Shown in pieces: positions 35,185 through 43,598 of a DNA stretch of 43,598 bases. This DNA comes from an uncultured Desulfobacteraceae bacterium. GTDB taxonomy: Bacteria; Desulfobacterota; DSM-4660; Desulfatiglandales; JALVMZ01. The notes under the pieces were generated by a model. The model was not told the DNA's origin. It saw only the letters and a program-made list of their open reading frames with translations, and searched no databases. How positions within the stretch are numbered: position 1 is the first letter of the stretch; the number at the start of each line of letters is the position of its first letter. The DNA is taken from NCBI GenBank assembly GCA_964440775.1, contig CAYTXJ010000002.1, positions 1-43,598 on the forward strand. Reading direction: 5' to 3'. The translations under genes and the position numbers were made by a program.

Positions 35185-35929
35185 CTTTATTCCACACCCT
35201 ATTATGTGTTTCAATCAATGCCCTACGCATTTGGTTCAATTGACTCTTTATCCTTGCATCTAAATCACCACTGAATGTGCTTATTATGCAGCCTCCTCTA
35301 TCTACATTATCATCCACGATAAGTTCAATCTTTCTATTATCTTCTTGATCAGTGATATATTTTATATTAAATCCTTTTATAATTTCATAATCTTCAGGGT
35401 TAAGCTTTATCCTTATTTTATATTCATCAGCGCAGTATTTCATCGCCTTTAATATCGTATATTTTAAAGAGTCTGCATCATTTTCTATCTTGAAGTTGAT
35501 AATCTTTTTTGAAATCTCAAATATAAGATCTAATATCTCTTTTTCGAATCTTTTAACTATCTCTCTTTTAAATCCTTGCATTTCGTTTAAAAGTTTATTT
35601 AATCTGTTTATTATCTGTTCGGCCTTTTTAATCCCGATTTCATATCCATCCTTTTCACCCTGCACAAACCCCTTCTCATACCCTTCTCTTTCTAATATCT
35701 CAGCCTTTTTCTTAGCATCTCTTATTACCTCATCCTTCAATCTTTCAACATCAATATCTCTTTTTTTCCTATTTTTTTTATCTTGAGCTATTTCAGTTTC
35801 CCTATTGAATTTAGGGAATAATTTATCCTCTATAGGGTTTTCACTATTTTTGTTACACTTTTCGGCTTCAAGAGGTATAAATATATCTTCATCTGGCACT
35901 CTTTTCCCTTGATTAAAAAAAAACTCCAT
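35177..35929 (-). CDS. fliH: Flagellar export component FliH
   Basis: EREGYEKGFVQGEKDGYEIG is a FliH/YscL-type motif. Located between fliG and fliI. Confidence 0.85.
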   Translation of the reverse strand: MEFFFNQGKRVPDEDIFIPLEAEKCNKNSENPIEDKLFPKFNRETEIAQDKKNRKKRDIDVERLKDEVIRDAKKKAEILEREGYEKGFVQGEKDGYEIGIKKAEQIINRLNKLLNEMQGFKREIVKRFEKEILDLIFEISKKIINFKIENDADSLKYTILKAMKYCADEYKIRIKLNPEDYEIIKGFNIKYITDQEDNRKIELIVDDNVDRGGCIISTFSGDLDARIKSQLNQMRRALIETHNRVWNKDA

Positions 35930-36972
35930 TAAACGAAATCTCCCTCCTTACCCTTACCACCAAGCACAATCTTACCTTCATCTTCTAATTTTTTGGCAAT
36001 CTTAACTATAGTCTGTTGTGCCTGCTCCACTTCAGATATCCTAACAGGCCCCATTACTTCCATATCTTCTTTTAGCATTTCTGCTGCCCTTTCAGAAAGA
36101 TTGCTAAAGACCTTTTGGTGCATCTCTTCAGAAGCTGTCTTTAAAGCCTTTGCAACTGTCTGATTGTCAACATTTTGAAGGATTGTTCTGAAACTTCTAT
36201 CATCAGTATAGAGAAGATCTTCAAATACAAACATCTTCTGCCTGATCTTCTCAGCTAAATCTGAATGTTCTTCATCCATTTTAGATAGAAGCTTCTCCTC
36301 TGTCTCTCTATCGACCCCATTTAGAATATTGGCGACCGCTTCAATTCCATCAAAATTTTTCCTTGATACTTTTACATTTGTAAGATCCTGCTTCAATGTC
36401 TCATCCAATTCCCTTATAATATCATCTTGAACCTGATCCATCTTTACAATTCTAAGAATAATGTCATACTTAAGTTCATCTGGAAATAGTCTTAAAATCT
36501 GTGCAGCCTTATCTTGATTTATATAGGAAAGTATTAGAGCTATTGTCTGAGGATGTTCATTCTTAATAAGTTTGTATACCTGATCAGCGGGAATATGGTT
36601 AAGATCTTCAAATGGAATATAATTTTTTTTATCACCTAAGAGCTTTAATATCTCATTAGCTGTTTCATCATCCAGCGTCTTTGAGACTATCTGTTTTATA
36701 AACTCTTTGCCTGATACAGCCACATTTATATCGTTTGTTATTTTATCTATAAATTCATTAACCACTCTATTTAAAACATCTGAAGGGATAAAAGTAATTT
36801 GGGACATATATTCCCCAAGCTTTTTTATGTCATCTTCGTCAAGCTTTTTAATTATCCTGGAGGAAAATTCCTCCCCCATTGCAAGAAGTAAGATAGCGGC
36901 CTTTTGAGGCCCAATTAAACTCTCTGGATTTAATGTCACTTCTTTCAAATCTAACGTTCCTCCTGCAACCAC
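35929..36972 (-). CDS. fliG: Flagellar motor switch protein FliG
   Basis: GPQKAAILLLAMGEE, EHPQTIALILSY, MFVFEDL, C-terminal torque helix region. The start is uncertain: GTG 36972, or TTG 36948 preceded by GGAGGA. Confidence 0.95.
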   Translation of the reverse strand: MVAGGTLDLKEVTLNPESLIGPQKAAILLLAMGEEFSSRIIKKLDEDDIKKLGEYMSQITFIPSDVLNRVVNEFIDKITNDINVAVSGKEFIKQIVSKTLDDETANEILKLLGDKKNYIPFEDLNHIPADQVYKLIKNEHPQTIALILSYINQDKAAQILRLFPDELKYDIILRIVKMDQVQDDIIRELDETLKQDLTNVKVSRKNFDGIEAVANILNGVDRETEEKLLSKMDEEHSDLAEKIRQKMFVFEDLLYTDDRSFRTILQNVDNQTVAKALKTASEEMHQKVFSNLSERAAEMLKEDMEVMGPVRISEVEQAQQTIVKIAKKLEDEGKIVLGGKGKEGDFV

Positions 36973-38531
36973 AATTTGATAAGAGAAACTGCCTTTTCAG
37001 GTTCTTTCTCTGTTATCTCAAGCACTCTTTCTTTTCCTCTGAGGGTCTTAACAGACTCTGAGATCTTTGGTCTTTCTTCAGAAGGAGAAGGTGGTAACTC
37101 TCTCTGTTCACTCTTTTCTGCAATTGTAATGGTTTTAAGAGTCTTAAAAAGAGGCCTTAATATAAATATCACAATAAATATAACTAAACCAATATTCATT
37201 ATGGTCTTCTTTTGTTCCATAATCTTTGTCAATATTCCTTCCTCTTTTTTTACTATCTCCCCCCCTCTCTGGTAAATAGGTTCATTAAAAGGAATAGAAC
37301 TTACATTTATCTGATCACCCCTATCTTCATTATATCCCACTGCCTTTTTTATAAGATCCTCAAATTTTTTAAGCTCTTCTTCTTTCCTTGGGATATATAT
37401 CTTTACTATCTTTCCGTCTTTTCCTTTTTGAGTCTTCCACACTCCATTTATAACTGCAGCAACTGATATCCTTTTTATCTGTCCATAAGGCTGAACTATT
37501 GTCTTTCTTATCTTATTTATCTCATAATTAGTAATCACATTACTTTTAGTTCTCTTTTTAGCAGCCCCTTGATCAGCAGGTAATATCCCTCTCTGGTTAT
37601 CTATTGAAGTTACCTTTTTAACATTATTTTTGATCTCTTCTGTCTCTTGAATCTTCTTTTCACTTCTTGGAACTAAGGATGTAGGATCATATTCCTCTTG
37701 ATTCATGGTGATACTTGTAAAATCTACATCTACCGCAACCCTCACAATTGCATTACCGACACCAACAATAGCTTCAAGCATACTTTGAATCTCTTTCTGT
37801 ATATTATTTTCCAATCGGCTCTTGTATTCTAACTGATCAGTGTTAAGTAATTGATTCTTTTCCTTCTCCCCACCACCTTTAAAGATCAATCTACCATTTG
37901 TATCAACGACAGTCACCCTATCTGTTGTCAATCCTTCAACAGCACTTGCAACCAGATGCACAATGGCTGCCAGTTTTTTAGGTGGAAGTTCTCTTTTAAG
38001 ATCTAACTGTATTGAAGCGGATGCAGGCCTTTCCTTTTCAAGAAATAAAGAGTCCTTAGGAAGAACAATAAATACACGAGATGACCTTACCTCTTTAAAT
38101 TTATTAATGGTCCTTGCCAACTCCCCTTGAAGAGCTCTTCTATAATTTATCTCCTGGACAAATCGGGTAGTCTTAAAGTCTATATTATTAAATAGTTCAA
38201 AGCCGACAGTGCTGGATGAAGGGAGGGATTCACTTGCAAGGGTAAGTCTTAACTCATAGACCATATCAGAAGGGACTAAGATAACGGTGCCATTTCTTTC
38301 AATCTTGTAAGGAATCTTTCTCTCTTTTAATTTTGCAATTATCTCCCCTCCATCCTCTGGGCTGAGATTGCTGAAAAGCACCTGATATTCTGTCTTATTT
38401 GCTAAATAAAATAATAGCGCAATTGATAAAAAGATTGATAATATGATAGAAAAGAATAGAATCTTTCTTGATTTTGACATCTCTTTGAGGAAATTTTGTA
38501 TATTTTTAAATGAAAAATCCATATTCACCAC
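36951..38531 (-). CDS. fliF: MS-ring protein FliF
   Basis: N-terminal TM, YRRALQGELARTI, SSRVFIVLPK, RISVAAVING, second TM near the C-terminus. Start GTG 38531 or ATG 38522. Confidence 0.95.
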   Translation of the reverse strand: MVNMDFSFKNIQNFLKEMSKSRKILFFSIILSIFLSIALLFYLANKTEYQVLFSNLSPEDGGEIIAKLKERKIPYKIERNGTVILVPSDMVYELRLTLASESLPSSSTVGFELFNNIDFKTTRFVQEINYRRALQGELARTINKFKEVRSSRVFIVLPKDSLFLEKERPASASIQLDLKRELPPKKLAAIVHLVASAVEGLTTDRVTVVDTNGRLIFKGGGEKEKNQLLNTDQLEYKSRLENNIQKEIQSMLEAIVGVGNAIVRVAVDVDFTSITMNQEEYDPTSLVPRSEKKIQETEEIKNNVKKVTSIDNQRGILPADQGAAKKRTKSNVITNYEINKIRKTIVQPYGQIKRISVAAVINGVWKTQKGKDGKIVKIYIPRKEEELKKFEDLIKKAVGYNEDRGDQINVSSIPFNEPIYQRGGEIVKKEEGILTKIMEQKKTIMNIGLVIFIVIFILRPLFKTLKTITIAEKSEQRELPPSPSEERPKISESVKTLRGKERVLEITEKEPEKAVSLIKLWLQEER

Positions 38532-38542
38532 TATTTCCTTAA

Positions 38543-38845
38543 CTAAAACTGCATATGCATAATCTCTTTATATGCCTCCAATAACTTATTCCTGATAGAT
38601 AACAATACTCTCATTGAAATCTCTGCTTTTTGAAGGGCAATCATTGTCTCATGCACAGAGGCCTTCCCTTTTAACATTTCAATGATCTTTTTATCTGCTT
38701 CTCTTTCCATATTGCCTACTTTATAAATGGCCTCTTTTATTAGATCCTTAAAACTCTTATCTGTTATTTTCCTTGTTTCTCCACCTCTTGTTTTAATACG
38801 GTCTAACAGATAAGAATTTACTCTATTTATTTTAATATCTCCCAT
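38543..38845 (-). CDS. fliE: Flagellar basal body protein FliE
   Basis: FKDLIKEAIYKVGNMEREADKK ... ALQKAEISMRVLLSIRNKLLEAYKEIMHMQF. Confidence 0.9.
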   Translation of the reverse strand: MGDIKINRVNSYLLDRIKTRGGETRKITDKSFKDLIKEAIYKVGNMEREADKKIIEMLKGKASVHETMIALQKAEISMRVLLSIRNKLLEAYKEIMHMQF

Positions 38846-39265
38846 TTACTTACTCCCTATCTCTAAGGCCTTTAAAATCATCTCCTTAGTTATCTTAAAA
38901 GCTGTCACATTGGCTTCATAGGCAGTTCTTGATATCATCAGGTCAGTAATTTCTACTATAGGATCCACATTTGGTTTTAATACATAACCATCCTTATCAG
39001 CATAGGGATGAGAAGGCTGATATATCCTTTTAAATGGGGTCTTATCTTCCACTATCTCATCTATTTTTACCATCTCAAGAGATAATATGGAGTCAAAATC
39101 ATCCATTGGTTCACTTTTCATTATCATCATCTTTCTTCTATAAGGCATACCTTTTTCAGTCTTTAGAGTTTCCATATTTGCAAGATTTGTGGCAATGAGA
39201 TCAATCCTTTTTCGTTGAGCATACATACCAGAATTTATGACCTTTAACAGATCCATATAATTCAT
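38846..39265 (-). CDS. flgC: Flagellar rod protein FlgC
   Basis: INSGMYAQRKRIDLIATNLANMET ... ISRTAYEANVTAFKITKEM. Confidence 0.95.
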   Translation of the reverse strand: MNYMDLLKVINSGMYAQRKRIDLIATNLANMETLKTEKGMPYRRKMMIMKSEPMDDFDSILSLEMVKIDEIVEDKTPFKRIYQPSHPYADKDGYVLKPNVDPIVEITDLMISRTAYEANVTAFKITKEMILKALEIGSK

Positions 39266-39667
39266 CTATCTTCCTCCCTCTTTAATTGCCTCTTTAATAA
39301 GGGTTATCTTCTTTAATAAGGTCTCCACATATATTCTATAGTTTAAGTTATTCTCTATAAGACGAGAGATCTCTCTATCTATATTAACCCAATTATAGCC
39401 ATTCCACTTGCCTTTATCTTCAGATAATCTAATAGGAACTGAGCTATTAGATAATTTAAAATGTGCTGGATCAGTCCTTCTTAAATCTATATCTTTCTGA
39501 TCTTGTAATATGCTAATAAGGGTCTGTTTAAAATCTACATCCTTAGATCTATATCTCGGGGTCTCCAGATTAGCTATATTACTTACAATATAAGAGTGCC
39601 TAATTCTGGATACATCCATCATCTTCTCTAATATATTGAATACCCTATTGAATATTCCCTCTGCCAT
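39266..39667 (-). CDS. flgB: Flagellar rod protein FlgB
   Basis: RHSYIVSNIANLETPRYRSKDVDF ... ENNLNYRIYVETL. Confidence 0.9.
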   Translation of the reverse strand: MAEGIFNRVFNILEKMMDVSRIRHSYIVSNIANLETPRYRSKDVDFKQTLISILQDQKDIDLRRTDPAHFKLSNSSVPIRLSEDKGKWNGYNWVNIDREISRLIENNLNYRIYVETLLKKITLIKEAIKEGGR

Positions 39668-39689
39668 ACTCCCTCCTTAACATAAGAGG

Positions 39690-39705
39690 ATGCAAATTTT
39701 ATGCC
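39690..39705 (-). promoter_or_regulatory. Sigma54 promoter P2 for the flgB...fliJ unit. It overlaps the stop codon of the activator gene.
   Basis: Minus strand reads AGGCATAAAATTTGCAT (GG-N10-GC, -12 TTGCA), followed by AAGGAGG and ATG 39667. The activator's TAA stop lies inside the spacer. Confidence 0.7.
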
Positions 39706-41048
39706 TTACTCAACTCAAAATTCATGGTCTTTTTATATTCATTCAGCTTATTTCTCAATGTCCTGACACTTATGCCTAAGATCTCAGCCGCATGAGTTCT
39801 GTTCCCATTTGTCTTATCAAGTGCTCTTAATATGACCTTTTTCTCCATCTCCTTGAGATTCAGGGTTGATAGATATGAATCCTCAAATCGCCTAAAAGAT
39901 TGGGGCCTATTGCTCATATAGATGTCATTAGAGGATATAATATCTGTTTTAGACAGTAAGATAGCTCTTTCAATCACATTTTGAAGCTCCCTTATATTCC
40001 CTTTCCAGGGCCATTCTATTAATCTGTTTATAGCATCATCTGTTATCCCTTTAATATTCCTTCTGTTCTTTTCATTGTATTTCTTGATAAAATACCTTAC
40101 TAACAATGGTATATCTTCCTTTCTCTCTCTTAATGGTGGAATGTGAAAGGGGATAACATTTATTCTATAAAACAGGTCCTCTCTAAAGTTCCCTTTCTCT
40201 ACCTCTATTTCAATATCTCTGTTGCTTGTGGATATTATCCTTATATCAACAGGGATTGAATACTTCCCTCCTATTCTGTCTATCTCTTTTTCCTGTATAA
40301 CCCTTAATAACTTAGATTGAAGCTGAAGGGGAATCTCAGTAATCTCATCCAGCAATATTGTCCCTCCATCTGCTAATTCAAACTTCCCCTTCTTTTGTGA
40401 GATCGCCCCTGTAAAAGCCCCCTTTTCAAAACCAAAAAGTTCGCTTTCAAGCAGTGTTTCAGGTAAGGCACTACAATTAATAGCTATGAAGGGTTTAGAT
40501 GATCTATTACTGTTAATATGGATAAATCTTGCTAAAAGCTCTTTTCCTGTTCCTGACTCACCAGTTATTAAAACTGAGGCATCACTATCAGCTATCCTTT
40601 TTGCCTGATCCAGAATCTCTTTCATCTTTTTATTTTGTGTAATAATTCTATATTTATTATCTAAATTTATAGAACTAAATTCCTCCTCTTTTAATAAGCT
40701 CTTTAATAAAAAGCTAAATCTGTTTTCGTCAATAGGATCTATCAAATATTCATAAGCCCCCATCTTTATAGAGGAGATGGCCTCATTAATATCTGCTTTA
40801 TTTGATAAGACAATGATCTTGAAATCTTTTCCAACTTCCTTAATCTGTTTTACAAACTCATATATCTTTAAAATCTTTGTATTTGAATCCAAAATAATGA
40901 CTTTAAAGTAGGTATCTTTTAATATAGTCAAAGCGCTTGTTTCATCATTAACTTCCACAAGAGAGTAGTTTAGATCTCTAAGAGAAGAGATTAAATGATC
41001 TCTTGAACTATTATTCATCTTTATAAATAAGATGTCTTTTCTTTTCAT
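39699..41048 (-). CDS. Sigma54-dependent transcriptional activator (NtrC family, FleQ/FlrA-like) with a degenerate receiver domain
   Basis: AAA+ motifs GESGTGKE, ESELFGFEKGAFTGA, GGTILLDEI. Fis-type HTH NRTHAAEILGISVRTLRNKL. N-terminal REC-like fold lacks the acidic pair and the conserved Lys. Confidence 0.92.
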   Translation of the reverse strand: MKRKDILFIKMNNSSRDHLISSLRDLNYSLVEVNDETSALTILKDTYFKVIILDSNTKILKIYEFVKQIKEVGKDFKIIVLSNKADINEAISSIKMGAYEYLIDPIDENRFSFLLKSLLKEEEFSSINLDNKYRIITQNKKMKEILDQAKRIADSDASVLITGESGTGKELLARFIHINSNRSSKPFIAINCSALPETLLESELFGFEKGAFTGAISQKKGKFELADGGTILLDEITEIPLQLQSKLLRVIQEKEIDRIGGKYSIPVDIRIISTSNRDIEIEVEKGNFREDLFYRINVIPFHIPPLRERKEDIPLLVRYFIKKYNEKNRRNIKGITDDAINRLIEWPWKGNIRELQNVIERAILLSKTDIISSNDIYMSNRPQSFRRFEDSYLSTLNLKEMEKKVILRALDKTNGNRTHAAEILGISVRTLRNKLNEYKKTMNFELSKA

Positions 41049-43454
41049 TTATATACCTCTTCTTTTTCTGAGCTCCTGTTCAAAATAGATATCTTCAATC
41101 TTTTCCCTTGCTATCTTAGTCCAGATGCCTGCATTCATGTTAGCCAATTGATTAAAGATCTTTAAATATTCTTTTAACTTACCCATCTCTTTATAACATC
41201 TTGCAATTTTAAGCTTTATAATTGCCTTATCATCTAAGTCTGTAGATTGATCATAGGCTATCTTAAATAGTTCAACGGCTTCTTTTAAGTTCCCAAAATT
41301 TTTAAATAACTCCCCCAATCTATAGACTAAATATACATCACTGTATTTACAGGACTTAATCAACTTAGATAATTGCGTTATACAATCTAAAATATCCTGT
41401 TTTTGATTTAGGGTTATAAAAATATCTAACTCTTCTTTTAAAATTTTTATCTTTTCGTAACTGGTTTTAGTAAGTTTTAAATAATCTTGAAAATATCTTA
41501 ATGCCTCTAAATATCTATTCTGCATTTTGCAGATCCTTGCCTTCATAAAAAGAATCGAGGGGTAAAATTCACTATTTTTAAGGTTTAATTTTAAAAATAG
41601 GTCTATTCTCTTTTGTGCACTACTAATATCATTATTTTCTAAGTCTTTCTTTGATAAGAGATACAGAAGAGATGGAGGTTTTTGATTATCTGGTAAATCT
41701 CTTTCAATCTTTCTAAAAATTGTCTCTGCCTCTTTTTCTCTTCCGATCTTTATATAGGATTCGGCAATCTTTGCATGAAAATAGGGGTCCTCTATATTAT
41801 TACATAGTTGTTTTTCTTTTTCGTAAAATGTAACGACTTCTTTATATCTTTTATTCTTAAGATATTTTTCAAATATTATCTGAAGTGCCTCCTTAAGGTA
41901 ATCTTGTAATTCTAATCTTTCTTTTGAATTTCTACTTTTTGCTAATGCATTCTTTAAAAGTATAAGACCTTGATTTTCTTGCCCATTTTTTAAATAAAGC
42001 ATTGCCAACTTTAAAGTTACAATTCTTTTAAGTCTTTCTTCTTTTTTATCAATCAAATTGAGTAGATCTTCATATATCCTTTTAGGAGAACTGTATCCCG
42101 TCAATTTAAATTGTATACCCCTATTTTCTTCAAAGATTTCAGCTATTCTTATCTTGGATATTATGGAACCTTCTGATTTAGGATAGTAAAGAATCACTAT
42201 TCGGTATATAGTCAGGGCCTCAATCAAGAGTTTTTGATTTTTATAACAATCTCCTATTTTAACAAGAGTAAGATCATCGGGTTTCATATTATAATATATA
42301 AAGAGATAATTTAGGGCCTCTTTATATCTCTTCAGTTGAAAGAGCGAGTTTGAAAGCATATAAGTGAGTTCTGGATCCTTGTAGAATATCTCTTTATCCT
42401 TAATCACTTTTAATGTATTAATAACCCCTCTGTAACTAAAATTTTTATACAATATCTTTGCCTTTAAAATTATGGCATCTTTTTTTAGTTTTTCATTTTT
42501 AGTCAAATGGATTAACTGATTTAATGTCTTTAAAGTAAGTGAAACTTTTGAATTAGATAAATAAAGATGTGCTAAATTATATAATACCTCATCCTTTCTT
42601 TCTTTAATCTTGTCTTTTATCCTTTCATATAAAGCTATGGCATTATCTTTATCACCTTTTTCTCTGTATAGATCAGCTAAATAAGATAAGGCCACTGAAG
42701 CCATATCAGTTTCTGGAAATCCATATACTACCTCATTTAGATATTCTTTAAGCTCATAAAAATGCTTACTTAAAGAATCTGAATATAGATTAAAATAAGA
42801 TTTGGCTCTTAACAGATACGTATATCCACAAAACCGGGAGTGGGGATACAATCTTATTAATTGTTCTGCTTTTTTTATACAATCTCTATATCTCTTCTGT
42901 TTAAAAAGAAAAACTATCTCTTCATAGAGTAATTCATCATTATTTTTAATATTAATTTCCAATTCTTTATTACTTCTTTTATCTTTTTCTTTTTTAATTA
43001 TTAGTTTTTTAATATCTGATCTTTTTTCCTTTTTAATATTAACTTTTTTAAATTTTTTAAAAATTATATTTATTATTTTATCTTCTATCTCTATATTAAA
43101 ATCTGGAAAACTCTTACCTTTAATATCTAAAACACATCTTATCCTGTCTGTGTGATAGGCTAACCTTAGTCGTTTAATTAAATCATTATCTAATTCTATC
43201 TTATAAGGCTTAAAATATTGCGCTTTACATACGAGATCTATTACTATTCTTGGGGGAGTAGGTAATTTGAAGTATCTATATTTTTCATAACTTGTATTAG
43301 GCTTTAATTTTATTATAAAATTATCATCAATACCCTGATAAGTTACATCAACGGGTCTGTGTATCTGCTTTTCAAGTGCAATAGCATACAGGGGTATTAA
43401 AAGATATAGTCCAATTATATATATAATTTTCCATTTCATAAATAAATTTGCCAT
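41049..43454 (-). CDS. Secreted AMIN-like domain plus multi-TPR protein (801 aa)
   Basis: Signal peptide KWKIIYIIGLYLLIPLYAIA. AMIN-like PPRIVIDL...IKRLRLAYHTDRIRCVLDIKG...FNIEIEDKIINIIF. At least 8 TPR-like helical pairs follow. Its stop codon abuts the activator start codon. Confidence 0.7.
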   Translation of the reverse strand: MANLFMKWKIIYIIGLYLLIPLYAIALEKQIHRPVDVTYQGIDDNFIIKLKPNTSYEKYRYFKLPTPPRIVIDLVCKAQYFKPYKIELDNDLIKRLRLAYHTDRIRCVLDIKGKSFPDFNIEIEDKIINIIFKKFKKVNIKKEKRSDIKKLIIKKEKDKRSNKELEINIKNNDELLYEEIVFLFKQKRYRDCIKKAEQLIRLYPHSRFCGYTYLLRAKSYFNLYSDSLSKHFYELKEYLNEVVYGFPETDMASVALSYLADLYREKGDKDNAIALYERIKDKIKERKDEVLYNLAHLYLSNSKVSLTLKTLNQLIHLTKNEKLKKDAIILKAKILYKNFSYRGVINTLKVIKDKEIFYKDPELTYMLSNSLFQLKRYKEALNYLFIYYNMKPDDLTLVKIGDCYKNQKLLIEALTIYRIVILYYPKSEGSIISKIRIAEIFEENRGIQFKLTGYSSPKRIYEDLLNLIDKKEERLKRIVTLKLAMLYLKNGQENQGLILLKNALAKSRNSKERLELQDYLKEALQIIFEKYLKNKRYKEVVTFYEKEKQLCNNIEDPYFHAKIAESYIKIGREKEAETIFRKIERDLPDNQKPPSLLYLLSKKDLENNDISSAQKRIDLFLKLNLKNSEFYPSILFMKARICKMQNRYLEALRYFQDYLKLTKTSYEKIKILKEELDIFITLNQKQDILDCITQLSKLIKSCKYSDVYLVYRLGELFKNFGNLKEAVELFKIAYDQSTDLDDKAIIKLKIARCYKEMGKLKEYLKIFNQLANMNAGIWTKIAREKIEDIYFEQELRKRRGI

Positions 43455-43477
43455 CTCTGGTCTTTTTTATGATTTAC

Positions 43478-43493
43478 AGCAATTTATATGCCA
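43478..43493 (-). promoter_or_regulatory. Sigma54 promoter P1 for the AMIN-TPR/activator operon
   Basis: Minus strand reads TGGCATATAAATTGCT, 24 nt upstream of ATG 43454. Confidence 0.7.
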
Positions 43494-43542
43494 AAAGCAG
43501 AATTCTATTTTTTATAAGAATATTAAGGAGTTAAGATATGAT

Positions 43543-43598
43543 AAAAGCTCTCATAAAAAAGCTGTAAATGGAATCTGTCATTGCGAGGGTCTTAAAAG
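43543..43598 (+). repeat. Structured intergenic repeat, copy 6. It is cut by the window edge and lacks the left palindrome arm.
   Basis: aaaagctctcataaaaaagctgtaaatggaatctgtcattgcgagggtcttaaaag is the reverse complement of the module at 1-45 and 12975-13025. Confidence 0.85.

Overview
AT-rich (about 30% GC by eye) bacterial chromosomal fragment. From about 3.5 kb to 43.5 kb it is one minus-strand flagellar and motility supercluster from a diderm organism (L-ring and P-ring genes are present). FlhF and FlhG are also present. In transcription order (high to low coordinates) I infer five units. (1) A signal-peptide AMIN+TPR protein plus a sigma54 enhancer-binding protein. (2) flgB-flgC-fliE-fliF-fliG-fliH-fliI-fliJ-ylxF/motE-like. 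(3) fliK-flgD-flgE. (4) motA, a motB-like paralog, motB, fliL-fliM-fliN-fliO-fliP-fliQ-fliR-flhB-flhA-flhF-flhG-fliA, then five poorly characterised genes that include a FliK-like/FlhB-C-like pair. (5) flgF-flgG-flgA-flgH-flgI, a rod-binding protein, flgN-flgK-flgL-csrA-fliW and a beta-lactamase-family serine hydrolase. Each unit is preceded by a near-consensus sigma54 promoter, TGGCA(C/T)-N5-TTGC(T/A). The boundaries between units, and both window ends, carry copies of a modular, highly structured intergenic repeat with GAGAGCTTTG...CAAAGCTCTC termini. The left 3.5 kb holds non-flagellar genes: an S41 protease, an Rrf2 regulator with an MBL hydrolase, and two small coiled-coil hypotheticals. 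I saw no rRNA, tRNA, CRISPR array, transposase, flagellin, fliD/fliS, recognisable flgM, che genes or rpoN. The points most worth follow-up are the repeat family (one copy lies inside the flgF leader), the FleQ-like activator with a degenerate receiver domain next to an AMIN-TPR protein, a MotB paralog lacking the channel Asp, an internally duplicated FliK, and a second FliK-like/FlhB-C-like pair. All calls come from reading the ORF translations and the DNA by eye. No database search was run.
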